From Gammaproteobacteria bacterium (GTDB taxonomy: Bacteria > Pseudomonadota > Gammaproteobacteria > Eutrophobiales > Eutrophobiaceae): DNA of 64,000 bases. A program made the position numbers and the translations under genes. Of the stretch, positions 9,460 through 19,399 are shown in pieces. The first letter of the stretch is position 1, and each line of letters opens with the position of its first letter. The notes under the pieces were generated by a model. It was not told the DNA's origin. It saw nothing but the letters and a program-made list of their open reading frames with translations, and did not search any database. The DNA is taken from the NCBI GenBank assembly GCA_965221695.1, contig OZ244905.1:544001-608000 (forward strand), given 5' to 3'.

Positions 9460-11133
9460 ATGGGAACATCTGACAAACTGCTTTCCGTTAACGACCTCAC
9501 CGTGCATTTCGACACCGACGAAGGCATTGTCGAGGCGGTAAACGGGCTCAACTTGGAGCTTCGACCTGGAGAAATAGTCGGATTGGTGGGCGAGTCCGGT
9601 TCCGGTAAGACGGTGACCGCACAGAGTATATTGCGCCTCGTCCCGCGCCCGCCCGCCCGCTTCGTCAGCGGCACGGCCATTTATCGGGACGAAGACCTGC
9701 TGACGCTCCCTATTGAGCGCTTAAGGCGCTTGCGCGGCGCAGAGATCAGCATGATCTTCCAGGAACCGATGACTGCGCTCTCACCCTTGCACCGGATCGG
9801 CCGGCAACTAGGCGAGATGCTGCGTTTCCACACCAACCTTGAAGGTAAACAAGCCTGGAACTTTTGCGTGGAATGGCTGGACAAGGTGGGCATACCTGAC
9901 CCTGAGGAACGGATGACCTTCTTTCCCCATCACCTGTCCGGCGGCATGCGCCAGCGCGTCATGATCGCCATGGCGCTGATGCTGAAACCTCGACTGATCA
10001 TCGCCGACGAACCTTCAACTGCTCTGGACGTGACAGTGCAAGCGCAGATCTTCAGATTGTTAATGCGAATGAAGGAGGAAGACACGTCGATGTTGCTGAT
10101 CACCCACGACTTGGCGGTGGTCTGGGAGATGTGCGATCGCATTTATGTCATGAAGAACTCGCGACTCGTCGAACAGGGCGATATCGAACCTGTTTTCAGG
10201 AAACCTGCTCATGCATACACCCGTTCATTGCTGCAGGCCGTGCCGCGACTCTACGGGCCTGAGGACAAGAGACAGGGACCAGGAGACAGAACAGAGAAAT
10301 GGGCGCGCGGTGAGCAGGATTTAATCCGAGCGAAAAATCTGCGAGTCTGGTTTCCGATAAAAAAAGGCCTGTTGGCGCGCGCGGCCGGCTATGTCAAGGC
10401 CGTTGATGATATCAACCTGACCATCACCAAAAGCTCGACAGTGGGACTGGTGGGCGAATCGGGGTCCGGAAAAACCACCCTGGGACGGGCAATCATCGGC
10501 CTGCAAGCTATCAATAACGGCAGTATTATGTTTGAAAAGACGGAAATAAGCAGGCTGAAGAAAGCGCGCATGAAGCCCTGGCGACGCAACCTGCAGATGA
10601 TCTTCCAAGACCCTTATTCATCGTTGAACCCGCGTATGACGGTTATGGATATTTTAACCGAGGGACTCAAGGAACACGGTCTGCTGGACATGCCAAAGCC
10701 GGATAAGGCCGCGCAACTGCTGGAAGAAGTCGAGCTCCAGGCGGATATGGCAAACCGCTACCCATTCGAATTCTCCGGTGGCGAGCGCCAGCGTATCAGC
10801 ATCGCCCGGGCGCTGTCACTGGAGCCAAAGTTCATCGTCTGCGACGAGGCCGTCAGCGCATTGGACGTCACCATACAAGCGCAGATCATCGATATGCTGC
10901 GCCGCTTACAGGCTCGCCACGGCATCGCCTACCTGTTCATCTCCCATGATCTGAGTGTTGTCAGGCAGCTTGCAGAGCAGATACTGGTAATGCGCCAGGG
11001 GAAGATTGTGGAACGCGGCAGGACAGAAGATGTCATCTTCAACCCGAAACAGAAATACACCCGCGCGCTACTGGATGCGGTACCCGTTCCGGGCGATCAT
11101 GAACGCCGGCGACGGCTACGTGAACGCGCATGA
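9460..11133 (+). CDS. yejF: Peptide ABC transporter ATP-binding protein with two fused NBDs, YejF-like
   Basis: Two GESGSGKT Walker A motifs and two signature motifs (LSGGMRQR, FSGGERQR). Confidence 0.85.
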   Translation: MGTSDKLLSVNDLTVHFDTDEGIVEAVNGLNLELRPGEIVGLVGESGSGKTVTAQSILRLVPRPPARFVSGTAIYRDEDLLTLPIERLRRLRGAEISMIFQEPMTALSPLHRIGRQLGEMLRFHTNLEGKQAWNFCVEWLDKVGIPDPEERMTFFPHHLSGGMRQRVMIAMALMLKPRLIIADEPSTALDVTVQAQIFRLLMRMKEEDTSMLLITHDLAVVWEMCDRIYVMKNSRLVEQGDIEPVFRKPAHAYTRSLLQAVPRLYGPEDKRQGPGDRTEKWARGEQDLIRAKNLRVWFPIKKGLLARAAGYVKAVDDINLTITKSSTVGLVGESGSGKTTLGRAIIGLQAINNGSIMFEKTEISRLKKARMKPWRRNLQMIFQDPYSSLNPRMTVMDILTEGLKEHGLLDMPKPDKAAQLLEEVELQADMANRYPFEFSGGERQRISIARALSLEPKFIVCDEAVSALDVTIQAQIIDMLRRLQARHGIAYLFISHDLSVVRQLAEQILVMRQGKIVERGRTEDVIFNPKQKYTRALLDAVPVPGDHERRRRLRERA

Positions 11134-12767
11134 ACAGGCCGGCGACCAGATTCATTCTCAGAGCGGGCCTTATCGCCTTTTTTCCGCTGATTGCATGCTG
11201 CGGATTCAACCACGAAAACAACGTTGAAAGCGGTACTCGCCAAGGCATACTGCATGTCGGCAACGGCGACGAACCCAGGGAACTCGACCCACATGTCGTC
11301 ACCGGCGCCATTGAACACAACCTTTGTCTGGCGCTGCTGGAAGGACTGTTGGGACGCGACCCGGAAAACCTGAGCATCGTCCCCGGCGTCGCCAACGCCT
11401 GGCAGGTGAGCGAGGACGGCAAGATATACCGTTTTGACCTGCGCGCTGACGCAAAGTGGTCCAATGGCGACCCGGTTACAGCCGCGGATTTCGTTTATTC
11501 ATGGCGCCGGGCGCTGCTCCCCGCCCTGGGCAACAACTACGCCTACATGCTGTTTTATATCAGCAACGCGGAGCGCTTCCACCAGGGAGAAATAACGGAT
11601 TTCTCCAAGGTAGGCGTGCGCGCGCCCGATGACCATACCCTGGTGGTCGAACTCGACAACCCGACGCCATTTTTCCTGCAATTACTCACCCATATGAGCT
11701 ATTTCCCCGTCCATAAGACGACCATCGAGGCATTCGGCGCGGCGGACGAGCGCGGGACTCGCTGGACCCGTCCTGGCAACCACGTTGGCAACGGCCCATT
11801 CAAACTGAAGGAATGGACGCTGAACCGTAACATCGTAGTGGACAAGAACGAATATTACTGGGATGCCGATCAGGTGAAATTGCAGGGTATTGTTTTTTAT
11901 CCGATCCAAAATGTCACCACAGAAGAGCGCATGTTCCGCGCCGGCCAACTGCACCTGACCATTAGCGCGCCGCTCGACAAGGTGGCGTATTACCGCAGCG
12001 AACGACCGGAACTCATCAGGATTTTTCCTTTTTTCTCCACCTACTACTACCAGTTCAATACGCTTGTCCCGCCGCTTAATCAGTTGAAAGTCAGACAAGC
12101 GCTGGCCATGTCCATCGACCGGCGGCTGATAGTGGAAAAAATCACCAAATCGGGAGAAATCCCGGCATTCAGTTATACGCCACCTGACGCCAACGGTTAT
12201 ACGGCGCGCGCGCGCGTGGTCCATGATGTGGAACGAGCCAGGGAATTACTGGCCGAAGCCGGTTATCCCGATGGTCAGGGCTTCCCGGCTCTGGAGTTGG
12301 TGTATAACACTTCCGAGGGACACCGCCGCATAGCTATAGCCATCCAGCAGATGTGGAAGTCCGCTCTGAATATCGACCTTACACTGTCGAACCAGGATTG
12401 GAAGGTTTACTTGGACAAACGCGATAGCGGCGACTACCAGGTCGCTCGCGCCGGCTGGATCGGCGATTATCTGGATCCCAACACTTTTCTCGATATGTAT
12501 ACGACGCACAGCGGCAACAACGATACCGGCTGGTCGAACCCGCGCTATGACGCGCTGATCGCTCAGGCCGGTAAAACCACGGACCGGGAACGCCGCTTTG
12601 CCCTGTTCCAGGAAGCCGAGGCCATCCTCATGGCCGAACTGCCTATCGCTCCCATCTACACGTACATGAGCAAATCGCTGGTCTCACCGGATGTGCGTGG
12701 CTGGTATCCGAATATCCTGGACATTCATCCATACAAGTATATTTCCTTGGCCGCCCACCCGAAATAG
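11130..12767 (+). CDS. oppA: Oligopeptide ABC transporter substrate-binding protein
   Basis: GDEPRELDPH, AKWSNGDPVTAADFVYSW, GNGPFKLKEW, RAGWIGDY. Confidence 0.88.
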   Translation: MNRPATRFILRAGLIAFFPLIACCGFNHENNVESGTRQGILHVGNGDEPRELDPHVVTGAIEHNLCLALLEGLLGRDPENLSIVPGVANAWQVSEDGKIYRFDLRADAKWSNGDPVTAADFVYSWRRALLPALGNNYAYMLFYISNAERFHQGEITDFSKVGVRAPDDHTLVVELDNPTPFFLQLLTHMSYFPVHKTTIEAFGAADERGTRWTRPGNHVGNGPFKLKEWTLNRNIVVDKNEYYWDADQVKLQGIVFYPIQNVTTEERMFRAGQLHLTISAPLDKVAYYRSERPELIRIFPFFSTYYYQFNTLVPPLNQLKVRQALAMSIDRRLIVEKITKSGEIPAFSYTPPDANGYTARARVVHDVERARELLAEAGYPDGQGFPALELVYNTSEGHRRIAIAIQQMWKSALNIDLTLSNQDWKVYLDKRDSGDYQVARAGWIGDYLDPNTFLDMYTTHSGNNDTGWSNPRYDALIAQAGKTTDRERRFALFQEAEAILMAELPIAPIYTYMSKSLVSPDVRGWYPNILDIHPYKYISLAAHPK

Positions 12768-12776
12768 CGTCTGCTC

Positions 12777-13709
12777 ATGTTTAGCTTTATCATCCGACGT
12801 CTATTGCAGGCTATCCCCACGCTGTTTGTGGTGTGTCTGATCACCTTCCTGTTGATCCACGCGGCGCCTGGCGGACCGTTCTCGGAGGAGAAAGCGGCGC
12901 CGCCGGAAGTCATCGAACGGCTGAATGAACGTTACAAGCTGGACCAACCGATTCATATCCAGTTCTATGACTACATCAGCCGCGCCGCGCTAGGAGACTT
13001 GGGCCCCTCGTTCAAATATCCCGGAAGATCGGTAAATGAAATCATCGCCGCCGGTTTCCCCGTGACGCTGGAACTAGGCTGTTACGCCCTGCTGTTCGCA
13101 TTGCTGCTAGGTATAGGCAGCGGTGTCTGCGCATCTCTGCGCCCGAACTCCTGGCAGGACTACTTCCCCATGACGTTTGCAACCCTGGGCATCTGCTTGC
13201 CCGCGTATGTGCTGGGACCGTTTCTTGCGCTGGCTTTCGGCATCTGGTTGGAATGGCTGCCTGTGGCCGGTTGGGGTCTGATACCTGGCGATAAAATCCT
13301 GCCTTCCGTTACCCTGGGCTCCGTTTATGCCGCCTACATCGCACGATTGACCCGAGGCAGTATGCTGGAAACCCTGTCCCGGGATTTTATCCGCGCCGCC
13401 CGCGCCAAGGGCCTGCCTGAGGCGATCATCATCTTCCGCCATGCCCTGCGCGTTGGCTTATTGCCGATTGTATCTTTCCTTGGTCCGGCTCTGGCGGGCC
13501 TGCTCAGCGGTTCCTTTGTGGTTGAAACCATCTTCCAGGCTCCTGGTCTGGGCCGTTACTTTGTACAGGGAGCCTTCAACCGAGATTACACATTGATACT
13601 GGGCACAACCCTGCTGTTTGCATCGCTGATTATTGTGTTCAATCTCATAGCCGACGTAATACTTGCCTGGCTTGACCCCAAGCTGCGCGATGAGATCGTT
13701 CATGGCTGA
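12777..13709 (+). CDS. oppB: Oligopeptide ABC transporter permease
   Basis: RRLLQAIPTLF, APGGPFSEE, GDLGPSFKY, RAARAKGL, NRDYTLILG. Confidence 0.9.
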   Translation: MFSFIIRRLLQAIPTLFVVCLITFLLIHAAPGGPFSEEKAAPPEVIERLNERYKLDQPIHIQFYDYISRAALGDLGPSFKYPGRSVNEIIAAGFPVTLELGCYALLFALLLGIGSGVCASLRPNSWQDYFPMTFATLGICLPAYVLGPFLALAFGIWLEWLPVAGWGLIPGDKILPSVTLGSVYAAYIARLTRGSMLETLSRDFIRAARAKGLPEAIIIFRHALRVGLLPIVSFLGPALAGLLSGSFVVETIFQAPGLGRYFVQGAFNRDYTLILGTTLLFASLIIVFNLIADVILAWLDPKLRDEIVHG

Positions 13710-14559
13710 ACGACCGAACCTCATTGGCGTCTCGCCTCGCCAGGATGCCTGGCGCAGGTTGAAAAAGAACAAGCCAGCCATGTTCGGACTGGTGACACTG
13801 GCTGTCCTGATCATTCTGGCTGTTTTTGCCCCTTGGCTCACGCCCTACTCCTATTCGGCCCAAGACCTGGAACTCGGACCCAGCCCTCCTTCGGCACAGC
13901 ACTGGCTGGGCACTGACCTGTTTGGACGCGACCTCTTGACCAGGATGCTCTATGGCAGCCGCGTATCGTTGATGGTAGGCTTCATCGCTACCGCGGTTGC
14001 GCTGCTAATTGGTGTGACCTGGGGCGCCCTCGCCGGTTACTTTGGAGGTCGCATCGACGCCTCAATGATGCGCATCGTAGATGTACTGTATGCGCTGCCC
14101 TTCACCATTTTCATCATCCTGCTGATGGTCGTGTTCGGCAATAACATCATCCTGCTGTTTCTGGCCATCGGCGCCGTGGAATGGTTGACCATGGCGCGTA
14201 TCGTGCGCGGCCAGACGCTGCACGTTAAACAGCAGGATTTTATCGAGGCAGCCGTCAGCCTCGGGTTGACCCGCGTGCAGATCATCAGCAAACATGTGAT
14301 ACCCAACATTATGGGGCCGGTGATCGTATATGCGACGCTGACCGTTCCCAACGTCATCCTGCTGGAATCATTCCTCAGCTTCCTGGGCCTTGGCATTCAA
14401 CCGCCGCAAAGCTCATGGGGCTTGCTTATTGCATACGGTGTGGAAACCATGGAGGAATATCCCTGGCTACTACTGTTCCCGGCGGCGCTGCTGTCGCTGA
14501 CGCTGTTCTCGCTTAACTTTCTCGGCGACGGTCTACGCGATGCGATTGGCAGCAGGTAA
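13702..14559 (+). CDS. oppC: Oligopeptide ABC transporter permease
   Basis: DAWRRLKKNKPAM, HWLGTDLFGRD, ARIVRGQ, ESFLSFLGLG; ATG at 13702 overlaps the end of oppB. Confidence 0.9.
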   Translation: MAERPNLIGVSPRQDAWRRLKKNKPAMFGLVTLAVLIILAVFAPWLTPYSYSAQDLELGPSPPSAQHWLGTDLFGRDLLTRMLYGSRVSLMVGFIATAVALLIGVTWGALAGYFGGRIDASMMRIVDVLYALPFTIFIILLMVVFGNNIILLFLAIGAVEWLTMARIVRGQTLHVKQQDFIEAAVSLGLTRVQIISKHVIPNIMGPVIVYATLTVPNVILLESFLSFLGLGIQPPQSSWGLLIAYGVETMEEYPWLLLFPAALLSLTLFSLNFLGDGLRDAIGSR

Positions 14560-14564
14560 ATAAA

Positions 14565-14683
14565 GCCACAGACAGCACAGAGTTAAGGAATCTCAATTTT
14601 AGAGAGCGCTTCCCTAAGAATATCCGCCATAATCCGAACTGCCCCACCCCGATCAACTCTATGATCTCTGTGTACTCTGTGGC
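14565..14683. repeat. Imperfect 18-bp inverted repeat enclosing a degenerate GGAA..TTCC mini-element
   Basis: GCCACAGACAGCACAGAG (14565-14582) pairs with CTCTGTGTACTCTGTGGC (14666-14683), 15/18 match. Confidence 0.55.
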
Positions 14684-14763
14684 AATACTTAACTACGAAT
14701 GTACAAATAATTTTTTGCATGGCAAAATGTGTGTATGTGTACCAGGACATTGAGGGGAAAACC

Positions 14764-15549
14764 ATGGGTCTGTTAGCAGGTAAACGCGCGCTCATCGTTG
14801 GGGTTGCAAGCAATCGATCCATCGCGTGGGGGATTGCCGGGGCGATGCACCGGGAAGGGGCAGAACTGGCCTACACCTACCAGAATGAAAAACTGCAGGG
14901 GCGGGTTGAAAAGTTCGCCGAGGAAACGGGTTCAGATATCACACTGCCCTGTGATGTGGCCAGCGATGCGGCAATCAATGAGATGTTCACCAGCCTCGGT
15001 GAGCGCTGGCCGCAACTGGATATCCTGGTCCATTCCGTCGCGTTTGCCGACCGGGAGTTGTTGGAGGGCGATTACCTGGGCAGCATCACCCGGGAAGGTT
15101 TCCTTAATGCCCAGGATATCAGCGCTTACAGTTTTGCCGCGCTGGGCAGGGGCGCCCGCCCGCTGATGCAGGGCCGTAACGGCGCGATGCTGACTCTCAC
15201 CTATATCGGCTCGGTCAGGGCCATGCCCAACTACAACGTGATGGGGATCGCGAAGGCCAGCCTTGAGGCCAACGTGCGTTACATGGCGGCTGATCTGGGC
15301 CCGGAAGGCATACGCGTCAATGCGATCTCGGCGGGTCCGATACGAACGCTGGCCGCATCGGGCATCAAGGGGTTAAGAGGCTTTCTCAACCATGTGGAGA
15401 AGGTCTCTCCACTGCGCAGGAACGTTACCATCGAAGAAGTCGGTAACGTGGCCGCGTTCCTCTGTTCCGATCACGCCTCAGCGGTCACCGGAGAGATCAC
15501 CTATGTCGATTGCGGTTATAACGTGGTCGGCAGCGAGGGGCAGGAATAA
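14764..15549 (+). CDS. fabI: Enoyl-ACP reductase
   Basis: [25 protein letters not shown] (YxxxxxxK), [15 protein letters not shown]; RBS GAGGGG before the ATG at 14764. Confidence 0.96.
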   Translation: MGLLAGKRALIVGVASNRSIAWGIAGAMHREGAELAYTYQNEKLQGRVEKFAEETGSDITLPCDVASDAAINEMFTSLGERWPQLDILVHSVAFADRELLEGDYLGSITREGFLNAQDISAYSFAALGRGARPLMQGRNGAMLTLTYIGSVRAMPNYNVMGIAKASLEANVRYMAADLGPEGIRVNAISAGPIRTLAASGIKGLRGFLNHVEKVSPLRRNVTIEEVGNVAAFLCSDHASAVTGEITYVDCGYNVVGSEGQE

Positions 15550-15601
15550 CACTGCGCCACCACCCAAACAACCATATCTCAACTAACAGGATTCCCTGAC
15601 C

Positions 15602-16807
15602 ATGCATAACAATAACTGGTTATTATGGGCATTGCTCATCGCTGCCATAGCCGGCATTTTCTGCGGCTGGTTCTTCGGCCACACCATGATCGCTATCGAA
15701 TGGGTTGGTGAACTGTTCCTGGACGCGCTGAAAATGACCATCATTCCCCTCATCGTTGCCGCTGTCATCAGCGGTATTGCCTCCCTGGGTTCAAGTACCG
15801 GCGGTCTTAAACGCCTGGGCGGGATGACTGTGCTCTATTATTTCTGCACCACTGCTATCGCGGTTCTGGTGGGCCTGGTGATCGTCAACATCGTCCAGCC
15901 GGGCGCCGGGGTAACGGAAGTGAGCCAGGCGGTGCCGGAACGGGTCAGCGGCAAGGAAGGCACCGGCTTTGTGGAGATCGTCCGCTCATTGATTGGTTCC
16001 AATATCATCGCCTCCGCCGCTGAAACCAAGCTGCTGGAAGTGATTGTATTCTCGATACTTTTTGCCGTCGCCCTGACAACTATCGGCGACCGAGCCAAAC
16101 CTTTGGTGGCGTTTTTTGACGGATTGAACGAGGTGATGATAAAAATCGTCATCTGGATCATGTATTTTGCGCCAATCGGCATCTTCGCGCTGATTGCGTC
16201 CAAGTTGGGCGACACCGGCGGCGGCGAACAATTCTGGCGCGAAATCTCCGCCGTGGGCAAATACATGATGACCGTCATTCTTGGACTGACCCTGCACTTT
16301 TTCGTGCTGTTGACCATCCTGCTGGTCGTCAGCCGGCGCGGCCGCCAGTTCGTCGTGACCATGTCCAAGGCATTGATAACGGCATTCGGCACCGCGAGTT
16401 CATCGGCGACCCTGCCGTTGACGATGGAGTGCGCGCTGGAAGCCAACGTAGACAAGCGCGCGGTGAAATTCGTCCTGCCCCTTGGTTCCACGGTCAACAT
16501 GGACGGTACCGCACTGTACGAGGCGGTGGCAGTGATGTTTATCGCCCAGGCTTACGGGATTTACATGGCCCCATCGGATCAGGTCGTCATATTCATCACC
16601 GCAACCCTGGCGGCCATCGGCGCCGCGGGCATACCGGAGGCCGGTCTGGTGACCATGGTCATCGTGCTCACGGCCGTGGGACTGCCGATGGAAGGCATTG
16701 GCCTGTTACTCGCCGTAGACTGGTTCCTGGATCGGCTCAGAACCACCGTCAATGTCTGGGGCGACAGCGTGGGTTCCACAGTGATAGAGAGAATCTGCTT
16801 CCGGTAG
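15602..16807 (+). CDS. Dicarboxylate/amino acid:cation symporter (DAACS, GltP-like)
   Basis: AFGTASSSATLP, NMDGTALYE, GAAGIP, DRLRTTVNVWGD motifs. Confidence 0.92.
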   Translation: MHNNNWLLWALLIAAIAGIFCGWFFGHTMIAIEWVGELFLDALKMTIIPLIVAAVISGIASLGSSTGGLKRLGGMTVLYYFCTTAIAVLVGLVIVNIVQPGAGVTEVSQAVPERVSGKEGTGFVEIVRSLIGSNIIASAAETKLLEVIVFSILFAVALTTIGDRAKPLVAFFDGLNEVMIKIVIWIMYFAPIGIFALIASKLGDTGGGEQFWREISAVGKYMMTVILGLTLHFFVLLTILLVVSRRGRQFVVTMSKALITAFGTASSSATLPLTMECALEANVDKRAVKFVLPLGSTVNMDGTALYEAVAVMFIAQAYGIYMAPSDQVVIFITATLAAIGAAGIPEAGLVTMVIVLTAVGLPMEGIGLLLAVDWFLDRLRTTVNVWGDSVGSTVIERICFR

Positions 16808-16820
16808 CAGGCGCAAAACC

Positions 16821-16952
16821 CTGGGAAACCCTGAAAGCGCAGGCGTCTCGCCTGCTTAAGGGCGGCGCGTCCACTCTACCAGGGTGAGTTTTGTCGCCAT
16901 TCTGAGCTCGATCACAGGCATCCTGCCTGCGGGCGGCACGCCCGCACTCCCA
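16821..16952. repeat. Degenerate REP-like palindromes between convergent genes
   Basis: GCAGGCGTCTCGCCTGC and GCGGGCGGCACGCCCGCACTCCCAG hairpins. Confidence 0.45.
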
Positions 16953-16964
16953 GTGAATACGGGT

Positions 16965-18869
16965 TTACAGGGATTCCTCGTAAATCGTGATATCTGCTTC
17001 CGCTTGCAGGCTTTCGTTGAAGCCCGCCCATGCCGAAGCAGCACGAGCCTGCAGCAGTTGCCCGCGCACGATATCAAGTTCCTCAGTTTCTATCTCGTCC
17101 GAGTCTGTCTTGCTCACGGAATGGACGATTATGACAGCATAATCTCCGGTTCCAAGAGAAGTCCCGTCAAAGATCGCCTGGTCATTCTCCGGAACCCCTG
17201 CCCTGAACGCCGACCGCAACACAGCCCGGTTAACACTTTCATCATCCTGGTTGACACCTTGGGCAGTAATCCACTCCAGGGAAAACTCCTGTGCCAGGTC
17301 TTCCTTCGACTTCCCCTGGCGTAACTGCTCCAGGATTGTCTCTCCCTTTTCCCGGGTCCGGTCCCTGGCCTGCTCGAACTTCAGGCGCGTGACGATTTCA
17401 TCGCGCACCTCACCCATGGACGTTTTGAAGGCGGGCAGGTGGTCGAGTACCCGTAACACCATGTAACGGTCATTCTCCAGTTCCAGGAGTTCGCTGTTGT
17501 TCTCTTCCAGCAGTACTTCATCACTGAAGGCCGCAGCCATCACACCCGGTTCGGAGACTATACCGGCGCCGGGGTCTTCCCGGCTCAGGTAATCACTGGA
17601 CTGTAATTTCAGTCCCAGTTCTTCCGCCGCTACTTCCAGCGTATCCGGGTTTTCATAGGTGAGGCCTGCCAACCGGTCCGTAAGCTCATACAACTGTTGC
17701 TCGGCTTTTTCCCTGCGCAGGTCCTGCTCCACCTCTTCGCGCCGGGTATCGAGGGTGGCATCCGTTCCCTCCTGGATTTCATCCACGGACATGATGTGGA
17801 AGCCAAGCCGGGATTGCACCGGTTCGCTGATCTCTCCCTCCTGCATGGAAAAAACGACCTCGTCTACTTCTTCTTCCATTGCGCCTTTTGTGAGAAAGCC
17901 AAATTCGCTGAACTCGATGACGTCTTCATACTGTCCAGAATGATTGACCACCACATCTTCCCAATTCTCGCCTTGCAGGACCAGTTCATACAACTCGGTG
18001 GCCTTCGCCTTCATCTCTTCTACGGTTTCCTCCGCAGGTTCCTCCGGCAGGTTGACCAAAATCTGTTTGACCTTGCGGGTTCCCTCCACCTGATAATTCT
18101 GCCGGTTATCATCGAAATAGGCCTCAAGCTCCCCGTCTTCCAGGTATACCTCTTCCGCAATCTTGGCAAGGGATAACACCAGGTAGCCAATCCTGACCCG
18201 TTCCGGTTCCATGAAACGGCCTTCTTGCTCGTAGTAGGCCTGAATTTCCTCGTCCGTCGGCTCAATGGTTTCCTTCAATTCATCGGAGGACAGCATGGCA
18301 TAGGACAGGTCTCGATCCTGGAACAGAATGCCTGAATAGCCTGAAACCTCCGGTTGCGTGACAAATTCCGTTGTGACCACTGCGCTACGAAGCTGATCGA
18401 TCGCCATATCCTCTTTGATCATGGCCAGGAAGCCGGGAGGCGTTAAGCCGTTTTGACTTGCCGTCACTTCAAACATGGCCATATTGAACCCGTTGTCGTC
18501 ATTAAACGCAGGGATCTGCCGGATAAGCTGCCATGCCTCCTCGTCGCTGACGTACAGACCGGCTTTTTTCCCTGCCTGCCCCAGCAGTTCGTCCTGAATC
18601 AAGTCCTCGGTCACTCGTTGTTTTATCAGGGGTTCGGTTTCCTCCCGGACCGGTGAGCCCGACATGGACTGCCATTGCGCGCGCATGTCCTGGTAGGCGC
18701 GCTGGAAGTCTGCCAGGGTTATTTCCTCACCATTGACCTCAATGGCAATGATTCCGCCGGACTGTTCAAAATAATAGTTGATGCCCCAGAACGCGAAAGG
18801 AATGATCATAATTGTGAAGATGACAACGGCCAGCCAGCCTTTCACCTGATCCCTGATCATCTGTAACAT
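16965..18869 (-). CDS. ppiD: Periplasmic chaperone PpiD (SurA N-terminal and rotamase domains)
   Basis: MLQMIRD..FAFWGINYY N-terminal anchor, ISEPVQSRLGFHI rotamase motif; canonical position after lon. Confidence 0.92.
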   Translation of the reverse strand: MLQMIRDQVKGWLAVVIFTIMIIPFAFWGINYYFEQSGGIIAIEVNGEEITLADFQRAYQDMRAQWQSMSGSPVREETEPLIKQRVTEDLIQDELLGQAGKKAGLYVSDEEAWQLIRQIPAFNDDNGFNMAMFEVTASQNGLTPPGFLAMIKEDMAIDQLRSAVVTTEFVTQPEVSGYSGILFQDRDLSYAMLSSDELKETIEPTDEEIQAYYEQEGRFMEPERVRIGYLVLSLAKIAEEVYLEDGELEAYFDDNRQNYQVEGTRKVKQILVNLPEEPAEETVEEMKAKATELYELVLQGENWEDVVVNHSGQYEDVIEFSEFGFLTKGAMEEEVDEVVFSMQEGEISEPVQSRLGFHIMSVDEIQEGTDATLDTRREEVEQDLRREKAEQQLYELTDRLAGLTYENPDTLEVAAEELGLKLQSSDYLSREDPGAGIVSEPGVMAAAFSDEVLLEENNSELLELENDRYMVLRVLDHLPAFKTSMGEVRDEIVTRLKFEQARDRTREKGETILEQLRQGKSKEDLAQEFSLEWITAQGVNQDDESVNRAVLRSAFRAGVPENDQAIFDGTSLGTGDYAVIIVHSVSKTDSDEIETEELDIVRGQLLQARAASAWAGFNESLQAEADITIYEESL

Positions 18870-19195
18870 AATGCTAAACCTGCCTTATTTATAATGTATT
18901 GCGGGTGCAAAGATTACGGCGAAACCCCGAACCTGTCAATCACTTTTAGCTAGGGTCAGACCATTACAGTCTGACAGAAACCATTGATAATCAAGAGTAT
19001 TTTAACAACACACGTACTGTCACAGGCTTAGACTGCAGTTTCCATATACCAAAACAAACAGGCATGAGGATGTTACAACCACGATTCTGATAGCAATACA
19101 GGGTTTTTAAGAGGAAATAACTGGCGTATATGACGAATTTACTTAACTGAAACAGATAGTTACGGAGGTCCGACCCCCATAAAAGGCCTAAAATA

Positions 19196-19273
19196 TGGCG
19201 GAGTGGACGGGACTCGAACCCGCGACCCCCGGCGTGACAGGCCGGTATTCTAACCAAACTGAACTACCACTCC
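19196..19273 (-). tRNA. tRNA-Asp (GTC)
   Basis: GGAGTGGTAGTTCAG...CTGTCAC...GGTTCGAGTCCCGTCCACTCCGCCA. Confidence 0.97.
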
Positions 19274-19283
19274 ATCTGCCAAA

Positions 19284-19359
19284 TGGTGGGCGCTGAGGGG
19301 CTTGAACCCACGACCTCCGCCTTGTAAGGGCGGCGCTCTCCCAACTGAGCTAAGCGCCC
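19284..19359 (-). tRNA. tRNA-Val (TAC)
   Basis: GGGCGCTTAGCTCAG...CTTACAA...GGTTCAAGCCCCTCAGCGCCCACCA. Confidence 0.97.
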
Positions 19360-19396
19360 AACGGCGGAAGTATAGCACAACTTGCCTGTGCGCCAA
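19360..19396 (-). promoter_or_regulatory. Putative sigma70 promoter of tRNA-Val/Asp
   Basis: TTGGCG-16 nt-TATACT with extended -10 TG and GC-rich discriminator. Confidence 0.5.
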
Positions 19397-19399
19397 TAC

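Noticed and set aside
18953-19177. GGGTCAGACC...GGTCCGACCCC inverted pair as a mobile element
   Set aside because: Arms are short and imperfect, with no recognisable coding remnant
18991-19257. 88-aa ORF
   Set aside because: It reads through tRNA-Asp; spurious
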